Positions 23,601 to 33,522 of a stretch of 64,000 nucleotides of DNA are shown one piece after another (within the stretch, counting starts at the first letter, position 1; every line of letters begins with the position of its first letter). Both the position numbers and the translations under genes were made by a program. The notes beneath the pieces are model-generated. The model saw only the letters and a list, made by a program, of their open reading frames with translations. It had not been told where the DNA came from and made no database searches. This stretch comes from Azolla caroliniana (taxonomy: Eukaryota; Plantae; Polypodiophyta): NCBI GenBank assembly GCA_043228905.1, contig JBHGNT010000009.1, positions 16,988,001 through 17,052,000 of the forward strand, in the 5' to 3' direction.

Positions 23601-24180
23601 GCACATACACTTAGCAAATAAGCCTCCTAAGGCCTAGTGGCACTTGAGTTCATACAGAGGGGTGCAAGCAAGGTTTGAACCTTGCACCTCTAAGATACAA
23701 GATAATTGCCTTACCACTAGGACAACTATCATATAGTGTAGATGTTATGTATTTCCTTTTCATATACAAATTATAGACGAAACAACCATAGAAAACCATG
23801 TGCACAAAACCATGGTTTTAAACCCATGGTTTGTGCATGACATAAGCAAAACCGTGTGCACAAAACCATGGTTTTAGCCCATGGTTTTGTGCATGTCACG
23901 AGCATGGAAAGACCTATAAAAGCCTCTAGTTGGGCTTGTGTAAGGGGGGCTCAATATGTGATATCACCAACACCATTATCATCAATATAATTATATTTGT
24001 CTTTATCTTCTTCTTATTTTTCTACTTCTCAAGTGTACAATCTTTCTTCTTCTCAAGTAAACCAATTTCATCTAATCTTACATTGATCGTCATCTCTTCG
24101 ATAATTCCGCGAACATCCTCCCCAGTCCAAGACCCCGGTGGTCGCTCGAGTAGCACACGCACGCGCGAATCTTCGCGACA
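20664..24180 (+). mobile_element. Young non-autonomous gag-only LTR element (Trp-primed Gypsy group)
   Basis: 647-bp LTRs at 20664-21310 and 23534-24180 with no difference found by eye; perfect Trp PBS 21316-21332; G-rich PPT before 23534; flanks GCGG/TCGG; a single ORF and no pol. Confidence 0.93.
21355..23457 (+). CDS. Gag capsid domain plus a long low-complexity tail (700 aa)
   Basis: The N-terminal ~200 aa align with the Gags at 63096-63983 and 50584-51564 (FNG.....L..Y, F..F...F..LS, K..MF...D). Uninterrupted ORF; three ETSAV repeats; no CCHC knuckle. Confidence 0.85.
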   Translation: MDGEYLMEAMSRRIMEFLREGKRRNEAQQAVDKVVERMSYFNGAEVQSFLKVYNAEMDSRGVDKAMRLEYFCRVVSQPIFKDVEELLEAHDSWATFEKALLEEYDYERLKGQDRRNFDQWVTSAKIYEGATQAFVDFEHHFSQLSEREQRLLGVDKVLMFVKSIDRMERMAIGLKLEEDDGANGLIEDWSKVESVCRLHDKGQARISMTTRRPMRDDRRGTRCNNAPPTKEMKLRRETKPRRMVIEEEETSQQMRVNEVADTKALVRYDGTEREGVKQVTFLSYKETTAKEEADDSRTVNATSREDKCFGTRIVYETSGDDGASMRKACMIEGEKVFESEEIEEVAMTNDIESEVAMDQSTTDSHVDTFFTLVPETSAVAPMCQRETGETEGGDGKTKAQHKEEEDRGRKDIPTPILETSAVVHVHQRETGETECVDKKEDDRKGDEEDKVNVNERRDSFTLVPETSAVETVCRHKTEDKGGGEEETIWLEASIHGGKDMADVEAKDEAAVEFDGEVACGKEGRVENRLNRKTIRPGFRPERRKIHMGADRPGPTRPKPDSAKIDRTIPIQKGADPARINRSSPTRGNVNADEGQPSQEAIGGDRSGQGQTRPNRRSTRTIYNTQLKTVSVRSDQESNRRTRAVDEGRAVVSTTSFGRSTTTDRGRRCECRIWWIGWLWWFGWKDCAYSKWKTKSDEELG

Positions 24181-25535
24181 TCGGTGTTGCACGATACCGG
24201 ATGTGGCTATGCTAAGATGGATTGCATATGGTAACACATCTTCGGAAAAGACAACGTGGTAGCGGATATGCTATCAAGGGCTCGGTTCGGAGACGACATA
24301 GCCGAATCCGATAATGAAGAAGTTTCTGAAGACTACTTTGCTTCGGAGCATATATGCCAAGTAAACGTAATCCGAGAATTCCGAGAAGAAGAATACGAGG
24401 GAGAAAGCTTGACGATCGGGAAGATGCTACAAGAGATCGAGGTGTCAACGAACGATAAAGAAAAGAGAACCGAGATCCGAAGTAAGAAGCGACAAGTCCG
24501 AAAGTTCTTCTTGAAAAATGGATTAATATGGAGGGAGCTGAAAAGTCCGAATGGCATACCACTTTGGGTAGTCGGGACAAAAGAGCAACAAAACCGGATA
24601 ATATCTGACTTTCATGAATCCAATTGGGTTGGACATTGAGGAACATGGGCAACTTTTGTGAAAATCGAACAAAAATATTGGTGGAAGAATATGTACAAAG
24701 ATGTATCGGAGTTCACGAGAAGCTGCGAGAAGTGTCAAGTCTACTCCAGGGTTCGACACCGAGATGAATTACATCCGACATTTTCACCAACAATCAACTT
24801 CAAGTGGATGGTCGACATTGTAGCCATGCCAACCAGGACCAGACAAAAGAAGTACTTGGTGTTAGCTCGGGAACATCTCACAAACCAAGTAGAAGGTCGA
24901 CACTACGAAGGAAAACGTGTTCTGCGGTATGCCAATTTCTTTTGGAGGAGGTGTTTTGCAGGTACGACTGCGTAGGACAAGTGATTGCAGATCAAGGAGA
25001 ACTTGACTCTGACAAAGCTAGGGGATTCTTCGCCAAACATGGAGTTCGGTTAACACTGACAACGGCATACAATCCGGAAGCCAACGGGAAGATCGAACGA
25101 GGACATAGTCCGATCGTCAAAACACTTGCAAAGGCATGCGATGGAAGGGTGAAGGATTGGCCACAGATGCTTCCGTATGCACTATGGGCGGATCGGACGA
25201 CGCATAGCTCCGTAACCGGTTACATGCCGGTAGAACTCATGACCGGACAAGCACCGGTAATGCCAACGGAAACCGCGATCACGACATGGATAGTGCTGCC
25301 ATGGAAGGAAGAGATGAGCCAGGAAGAACTACTAGTGGTCCGGATACGACAACTAGAGGGAAGACAGGAAGACATAGCGGAAGCAATATGCCGACAACAA
25401 GAAGCGTGATTCCGGAATAAAAGCCAGTTCGACACAAAGCACCGACTATGACCGCGGAAGATTGAAGAAGGAGATTGGGTGATTCTCTACGACAATAGTT
25501 TGGATCATCAACATACAACGATGCGGAAGTTCTTG
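24181..25535 (+). pseudogene. Outer Gypsy RNase H C-terminus and integrase (fragmented)
   Basis: MLRWIAY, VADMLSR, HHCC region (YWWKNMYKDV...CEKCQ), AYNPEANGKIERGH. Confidence 0.88.
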
Positions 25536-26115
25536 AAAACCTCAGTGGTTCCCGCCCGACCCACGCAACGATTCGGAGCCGAAAAGCACGACAACGTCTA
25601 CGTGAACCAAAAGAGCAAATTCAAATGCGGGGATAGTTGAATTCACAGTGTGTTAGATTGAGGTCTTGATGCTCAGAAGTTGGATCTATGTTCACAATAC
25701 AATATATGTTCTCAACCACTTGAGATATCGTTTCATGCTCGACCGAAAAAAAATGTCGTAAACTACTAAATTCACCGCAACAATGCGATCCAATGCGCAA
25801 ATGGTTCACAAAACAAAATATGTACCGAACCACTTGAGATATGACATTGATCCCTACTTACTGCAAGAGTATAATCAAATGTGGGTAGACCGTCATAATC
25901 AAAATCTCAAAGTCACGTGCTCCATCCAATTTCATTATTGAAAATATATCGCCACATACTTGAGATATAATTTTGAACTACATCCACACCAAGAGTACGA
26001 TGTGATGTTCGAATAGTTGAATCGGGACATCGTTCCATTGAAAATGTCAAGGTCACATGATTGATCCACGTTCATCGGACAGAATATGTCGCGAACCACT
26101 AGGTATCGTGTCGAA

Positions 26116-26349
26116 CTATGCTTACCCTCTTCCATCCTTATATAAAGAGGAGAGAAAGATGTATGGGGTTGTTGATTATTTTACAAGGATTAATTAATAT
26201 AATAGATTCGTGGGATTCACGAATTTGCTAACTATTTTTCTCGTACATTTCATATTCTTAATTCCCTTCTAATTTTCTTTTCTCCTAGTCCAAAACCTTT
26301 GTGGTTCCCGCCCGACTGACGCAACGATCTGGAGTTGAAAAGCACCACA
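26116..26349 (+). repeat. Second, partial copy of the outer Gypsy LTR end embedded in satellite
   Basis: Matches about 3747-4052 with an internal deletion and is followed by the same ACGT-CTACGTGAACC flank as 25594. Confidence 0.85.
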
Positions 26350-26382
26350 ACGTCTACGTGAACCAAAAGAGAAAATTCAAAT

Positions 26383-26973
26383 GCGGGGATAGTTGATTTC
26401 AGAGTGTGTCAGATTGCGGTCTTGATGCTCAGATGTTGGATGTATGTTCAGGATACAATATATGTCGTGGGGATAGTTGATTTCAGAGTGTGTCAGATTG
26501 CGGTCTTGATGCTCAGATGTTGGATCTATGTTCAGGATACAATATATGTCGTGGGGATAGTTGATTTCAGAGTGTGTCAGATTGCGGTCTTGATGCTCAG
26601 ATGTTGGATCTATGTTCAGGATACAATATATGTCGTGGGGATAGTTGATTTCAGAGTGTCTCAGATTGCGGTCTTGATGCTCAGATGTTGGATCTATGTT
26701 CAGGATACAATATATGTCGTGGGGATAGTTGATTTCAGAGTGTATCAGATTGCGGTCTTGATGCTCAGATGTTGGATCTATGTTTAGGATACAATATATG
26801 TTGTGGGGATAGTTGATTTCAGAGTGTCTCAGATTGCGGTCTTGATGCTCAGATGTTGGATCTATGTTCAGGATACAATATATGTCGTGGGGATAGTTGA
26901 TTTCAGAGTGTATCAGATTGCGGTCTTGATGCTCAGATGTTGGATCTATGTTCAGGATACAATATATGTCGTG
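26383..26973 (+). repeat. 84-bp tandem array x7 derived from monomer C
   Basis: Units start at 26383, 26467, 26551, 26635, 26719, 26803 and 26887. Confidence 0.95.
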
Positions 26974-27506
26974 AACCACTTGAGATATCATTTCATACTC
27001 AACCGAAAAAAAAAATCCCGAACTATTAAATTCACCGCAACAATGGGATCAAGTGCGGAAATGGTTCACAAAACAAAATATGTACCGAACCACTGGAGAT
27101 ATGACGTTGATCCCTAGTTACCGCAAGCATATAATCAAATGTGGGTAGACCGTCATAATCAAAATCTCAAGGTCACGCGTTCGATCCAATTACATTATAG
27201 AAAATATATCGCCACATACTTGAGATATAATTTCCAACTATATCCACTCCAAGAGAACGATGAGATGTTGGGATAGTTGAATTGGGAGATCGTTCCATTG
27301 AAGATGTCAAGGTCACATGATCAATCCACGTTCATCGCACAGAATATGTCACGAACCACATGAGCTATCGTGTGGAACTATAGTTACCACAGAAGAATGA
27401 TGAAATGTGGGAAGATAGTGAAGTTCATGAAATAAAGGTCGTATGTTGAATTCACGTTCACCTTATATCACGTTGATCTATATTCCACATAGAAGTGGCA
27501 TCAAAC

Positions 27507-27511
27507 GCGGG

Positions 27512-27554
<43 letters not shown>

Positions 27555-27579
27555 ACGTGTTCGATCCACGTTCACCGCA
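27507..27579 (+). tRNA. trnF-GAA: tRNA-Phe(GAA), intact
   Basis: Identical to 2099-2171. Confidence 0.92.
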
Positions 27580-27883
27580 AAGAAGAAGTCACGAAAAACT
27601 TGAGACATGATTTTGATACACATCCAGCAGAAATAAACGATCAATTACCTGGATAGCTATTCTTTGAGACTGGCACAGTAAATATTTGAATGGAACATGT
27701 TTAACCCACGTTGCTCGTGGGTATGTCGCGAACCACTTGAGGTATCGTGTGAAACTATAATTACCAAAGAAGAATGATGAAATGTGGGAAGATAGTAAAG
27801 TTCATGAAATAAAGGTTGTATGTTGAATTCACGTTCACCTTATATCATGTTGATCTATATTCCCCACAGAAGTGTCATCAAAC

Positions 27884-27888
27884 GCGGG

Positions 27889-27931
<43 letters not shown>

Positions 27932-27956
27932 ACGTGTTCGATCCACGTTCACCGCA
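27884..27956 (+). tRNA. trnF-GAA: tRNA-Phe(GAA), intact
   Basis: Identical to 2099-2171. Confidence 0.92.
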
Positions 27957-28886
27957 AAGAAGAAGTCACACAAAACATGAGATATGATTTTGATACACAT
28001 CCAGCACAAATAAACCATCAAATACCCGGATAGCTAATCTTTGAGATTGGCACAGTAGATATTTGAACGAAACCTGTTCAATCCACCAAAAAAAATGTCG
28101 TAAACTACTAAATTGACCCCAACAATGCCATCCAATGCGCAAATGGTTCACAAAACAAAATATGTACCGAACCACTTGAGATATGACATTGATCAGTAGT
28201 AACTGCAATAGTATAATCAAATGTGGGTAGACCGTCATAATCAAAATTACAAGGTCACGCGCTCGATTAAATTTTCTTGTTAACTTGAGATATGATTTTG
28301 ATGCACATCCAACACGAATAAACTAGCAAATACGTATATAGCTATTCTTTGAGACTGGCATAGTAGATATTTGAACGGAACCTGTTCAGTCCACGTTCCT
28401 CGTAGGTATGTCGCGAACAACTAGAGATAAGATTTAGGTCTATTTGAACCACACGAGAAAATTCAAATGCGGGGATAGTTGAGTTCACAGTGTGTTAGGT
28501 TGAGGTCTTGATGCTCACATGTTGGATCAATGTTCAGGAAACAATATATGTCGTGAACCATTTTAGATATCGTTTCATCTCGACCGAAAAAAAAAAGTCG
28601 TATACTATTAAATTCACCTCAACAATGCAATCAAGTGCGCAAATGTTTAACAAAACAAAATATGTACCGAACCATTTGAGATATGACTTTGATCCCTAGT
28701 TAGCGCAAGAGTATAATCAAATGTCGCGAACCATTTGAGGTATCGTGTGCTACTATACTATAGTTACCACCGAAGAATGATGAAATGCGGGAAGATAGTC
28801 AACTTCATGAAATAAAGGTCGTATGTTGAATTCACGTGCACCTTATATCAGGTTGATCTATATTCCCCACAAAAGTGGAATCAAAC

Positions 28887-28959
28887 GCGGGGATAGCTAT
28901 GTTGGGAGAGCATCAGAATGAAGATCTGAAGGTCACGTGTTCGATCCACGTTCACCGCA
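28887..28959 (+). pseudogene. Degenerate tRNA-Phe(GAA)
   Basis: A-box/D-stem substitutions (GCTATG), plus A26 and A32. Confidence 0.75.
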
Positions 28960-29072
28960 AAAACGATGTCATGAAAAACTTGAGATATGATGTTGATGGA
29001 CATCCAGCACAAAGAAACCATCAAATACCCGGATACCTATTATTTAAGACTGGCACAGTAGATGTTTGAACG

Positions 29073-30634
29073 ACCGACGATCTGCGCGATCGAATGTGGA
29101 GTGTCGTCTCCGGCACGTCATGTGGTTTGAAGAACCCGAGTTGACGTACCACACCTCGTCCGACTTCGAGGTGATCTTCTTCATCGAGTTTGCTTCGTGT
29201 CTCGTCACGAAGACAGACCCTTTTTCGGCTTTTCCGGATCCTTCAACGTATTGCAATCGTTGCTGATTTCCTTTGTCGGTCCGTCCGGAACCTGATCTGG
29301 GCCTGGTTCTCTCCGAATCGGCGCACTTTTTCTAGCATTTGCTGTCCCTGTGGCCTTTCTTGCCACAGTACTAGCATTCCGCGGCGGATTTCCCTTGCTG
29401 GTTCTCGTCGTCTGGACTCCCCCTGTTTTCGGAGGGTTCGGAATTGCTGTCGGCATCACTTCGGTGCCTTCTTCCTTGATCCCGTTAGTCGCCTCCATTG
29501 CGTACCGACTCGCCTCATCCACCACTACCACGGGGCCTATCTCCCTCTGTGTACAACATCTTGTTGTCAGCAGGTATGCTTGTCGACGCACCTGCGTGGT
29601 TCTCCTCTATAAGGAGCATCGACTGTAAGTCAAAAAACGACGACGTATTCTCCCGTGTACACATAGCAGTTCAGAACGCTCCGAACTTCGACGCTAGTCC
29701 CCCGAGACAGATTTGCACCATCTTGCCTTCCTTGACGTTCACATCGATAGAGGCTAAGGAGTCGCATCTCTCTTTGATCTTCAAGGTGTAGTCAGCCACC
29801 GACAAGTCGTGTTGTCATAAATTGCTCAGCTCCTGTCGGAGTTGGAGATTTCTTTGGTGCTTGCGGCGAAGATTTCCCCAAGCATCCTTTGGTGTTTTCC
29901 CATCCCGAATATAGCTCAGGAGTTGTTCGCCCACAAAGACGCGAAGCAGTACAATACTCTACTCGCCGACTGTTCCCACGCCGGGAAATCTCTGTGTGTC
30001 GATTTGGGTGTTGTGTCATTTGCTCCATTGACATAGCTCTAGTAACCATGCCCGAGCAGGTACTGGTGTATCTTGTAGGACCAAGACGCGTAGTTTTTTT
30101 TGTCGAGCTTCTCGGTAGGAAGCGAGCTAGCCATGCCCTTACCCATTTTGTTTTTCCTGTTCTTCTTGGTTAGTATTCTTTTCAAGCTATGGCGGCTGCA
30201 GAGGTTCTCAACCCTCGCGCTCTAATACCATGTAAAAGAATACGTTCTGTGGAAGCAATAGAAAACCGAACACAGAAATGCAGGTTTAATGGAGAGCTTA
30301 GAATATACACATTACGCGGGAGAGATAGAGAGAGAGCACACAAAAACTCAATTCAAAATAATACTCAATCTATTCTGTACGTACACCGTGCTCAGTCAGC
30401 ACCTTTTATACAAGACCTGGCAATCGGGCTGACACAAGTACTGACAGGACTTGAGTGCTCATAAATGAGCCTCGACACTCACTCCCAAAATTATTCCTTA
30501 CGAGGAATATCTCTCTAACGGCTTTTCGGTTTACGCACCAATACAACTAGGTTGTGCGTACCGATTTACGCACCCAGTCTATGTACCGGGTTACGCATCG
30601 TATAACGCACGAATGTTGAGCTTGTCTCTCAACA
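29073..30634 (-). mobile_element. Truncated Ty1/Copia (TGTTGAG-LTR family): 5' LTR, PBS and gag-protease
   Basis: LTR 30231-30634 (reverse complement begins TGTTGAGAGACAAGCTCAACA); iMet-like PBS at about 30219-30230; HEANSMKK...VWYVNSGSSNHM; fused directly to the satellite at 29072. Confidence 0.88.
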
Positions 30635-30640
30635 TATCTT

Positions 30641-32655
30641 TTATTGGTATTGCGATGGATTCCTCCTTTGGTGAAACATGTCTCCCTGACTTTCGCCAAA
30701 ATCGTGTAGTAGTTGCGCGAGTTCCTCGAAGTGTTGGTCCGCTAACGTGTGATAATCCTGTGCTAGGTTCTCGCATACTACCACAATGCTTTCCTCATTG
30801 AGTTTGTAGAAACCTCGGCCGTCTTTTCTGCGGTTCTCCAAGTCTGCCCGGTAAGTATGCAACTCCGCCGCTTGTGTAGCCCACGCCATCCAACCTTTGT
30901 CTAACGTCACTTGTAATTGCGCCCACATGTTGTCAGTTATTGCTTGGCAACTGTTGCGTGCTTCTTCCATAGTTTTCTTGAGGTTTTCGATTTCTTGTTT
31001 ACTGACCGCCGCCGCTTCCTCATTCATGCCAATAGCTGAGATTCCTTCGAATGTAATTCCTCCAGCTTTCCCATTTCATTGTTCAGGCGGATTTTGAGCT
31101 GATGGCTCCTCTCTTGTTCCCGTACAAACTGCTCGTCCAACCATGCTTTCTTCTTTTCCAATAACGCTCGGAGTCCCGTGATCGTCGTTTCTAATCTTTG
31201 CTCTTCCTCCCATAGTTTGGAGTTTTCTTCTTTCGTGCGGGTATGTTGTGCTGCCTCCGCTACGAGTTTCTCTTCAAGGATCTTCACTCCCTATCGGCCG
31301 TTGGCTCAGATGTCCTTTTCTCTGTCAGAGGATTGGCGAAGTTCGGAGCAGAGGCGGTCAATCTCCGATTCCGCCAGCTCCATGACCCTCTTTGCTTTCG
31401 AGGCAATGATGGTCTGTGCTTCAACCTCTTCTCTCAGGGACTGGGCCTCGACGGCGTTCTCTGTTGGTCGAGATGTCTGTTGCGCTGTAGTCCCGTTACT
31501 TCCAACTCCATGATGCGTTCGTTGGCCTTTTGTAGCTCAGCTTGGGTCTGTTTAACCGTTTTCCAGACATTTTTATTTTTAATCGCCATATCCTTGGCGC
31601 CAAGACTGACCTTTGCCAGTTCCCTATGAAGCTCGATGAGGCCCATGTTTAATGGGGGTAGTTCAATTCCCATTCAGTGTATCCCGACATTCCGTTGTCT
31701 GCCTAGTCTGGCTAGCGGCCCCTCATCATCGCTTTCCATGGTTTGTGTTAGCACGCTCAATCATTTGCTGCTCCGCCTGCTCCTCGGCTATTCGTTGTGA
31801 GAATTTTATTTGTTGCATTGCCAAAAATTCCATGAGTTTGTAAGTAGTGCCGAACTATAATAGTGCGCGGAACTCGTGGGTTGTGTTCGGAATATCCGGA
31901 TACTTCAGGACCTTGCTTTCTGCCGTAAATACGCCTTTCCCCCACTGAGACTGGGCCGTAATGATCAGCCGTGGTTCCTAGATTATTTCGAAAGTGGTGT
32001 TGGGTTCCGTAGCTACAACACTTGTCTCTGTGGCTGCGAGTGTGTCTTTTACTAATCCGCGCCCATCTTTCTTGTCCAGCCTCCGCCGTTTCGGCCTCGG
32101 GCTTTCCTGACGTTGCTCAGCTTCCTGCTCCTGCAAGGTTTTTTCCCTGCACTCTGGCCATTCTTCATGTGTTGTCCGCGTGCTGGGCTGGGCCGATTGG
32201 TGTTCCTCCTCCCATTCTGTGGTGGCCAATTCCGCTAACCTCTGTTTTGCGGAATCAGACGGCAGAGTGGGCTTGTTGGGCTGTGGTGCAGGCAGACCCC
32301 GGGGTGGGAATAGTATCTTTAGATACTGTTGTATGATTGGCCTTAGCTTTTTGCCGCCTTCATACGCATGCAGGCCTTCCCGTAACGCTAGTCCTGTAAT
32401 GACCCCCCAATCGACCGCGCGCCCTTCGAATGTATCAATGATGATGCCTGCCTTCTGTTTTCGCATCCCATAGGCATTTATATGCACGCATCCGACTTCC
32501 AACAAGAACTTGGCTATTTCATAGAAGAAGGGATCAAGGATTTCCTTCGTCTCGTATGCCTTGGCGGACGCCGAATATGCCCCGAAATATCTCTGCAAGG
32601 TTTCCGCAGGAGGCATCGTAGGAGGGTGAGACTTGTGGATAGTGGGTGAGGTATG
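30641..32655 (-). pseudogene. Extra ORF(s) downstream of pol: VDWG-containing domain plus predicted coiled-coil fragments
   Basis: 212-aa ORF 31978-32616, followed by E/K/L/Q-rich ORF fragments. Confidence 0.6.
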
Positions 32656-32989
32656 TGTTAATGTATCCGGTCACTATTTTGTCTTTTCTTTTTAAATAAT
32701 ATTTATTATTATTATTATTAGATAGTAATATAAAACAAAACGAAAGTTTTGTTTCTTTAGTAATTATTACCCTTACTTTATTTCTTTAAAAGGGTAAATG
32801 TAAGTTACGTTTTTTAGTGAGTAAAGAAAGAAAAGAATAATAATAATAATAATAATAAAGAGGAAAACAAAACAAAACGACCGTTTTTGTTTTTGAGAGA
32901 GACAAAGAGAAGAGAGGGTGGAAAGGAGATATATATATATATATGGGAAGAGGTGAGAAAGAGAGAGGTATGAGGAGTGTGAAGCATAG

Positions 32990-33050
32990 TGAAGCTTGGT
33001 GAAGCTTGGAGAAGCTTGGTGAAGCTTGGAGAAGCTTGGTGAAGCTTGGT
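32990..33050 (+). repeat. 10-bp GAAGCTTGGW tandem repeat in the Copia LTR (6 units; 4 units in the 3' LTR at about 37788-37827)
   Basis: Read directly from the sequence. Confidence 0.85.
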
Positions 33051-33522
33051 GCTCAACTCATCTACTCTCAATCTCCTTTCCATCTCCACTACTCAACGTG
33101 AGATCTACACGGCTACTACTTCGACTTGTGGACATTCTTATCCGGGTTTTCTTCTCTCTTCTTTTCTCTTATATGCTTGTGAGATAATCTTATCCCTTTG
33201 GATTATTGTACCATCTTTGTCGGTAGTACTATGCTACATATCTCTACTTATTTCTAGTATATCTAGAAGTAGAATTTGTACTTGTTGTATCTCTTTGGCG
33301 ATAGTGGATTGGTTTTGGACTTTTGTCCCGTGGTTGTTTCCCTCATTGAGGGTTTTTCCACGTTAAATCTTGTGTAATCTTTGTTGTGTCATTGTGTGTG
33401 TTTCTTGTGTTTCTTTTTCATTATAATCGAGCATAAAACGTGACGCGTGTTACACTCCTACGTGTCTATACCTCATCAAGTGGTATCAGAGCGGAGGTTG
33501 TGTTTTTTTTGCTCGATTATAA

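Larger units (their letters stand above)
3326..25593 (+). mobile_element. tRNA-Trp-primed Ty3/Gypsy element (outer host of a 22-kb nest), degenerate
   Basis: TGTCGT...ACGACA ends with 4-bp TSD ACGT (3322-3325 and 25594-25597) in the satellite monomer-B spacer. 5' LTR 3326-4052; PBS 4057-4073; gag/pol remnants at 11348-13852, 20539-20663 and 24181-25535; 3' LTR remnant 25536-25593. Confidence 0.85.
25594..29072 (+). repeat. tRNA-Phe-derived higher-order satellite, block 2
   Basis: Resumes exactly at the monomer-B spacer position interrupted at 3325. Confidence 0.9.

Noticed and set aside
26377-27117. 204-aa and 127-aa repeat-protein ORFs (HDIYCILNIDPTSEHQDRNL...)
   Set aside because: By-product of an 84-bp (28-codon) tandem unit derived from a tRNA-like monomer; open on both strands with no sign of a real gene.
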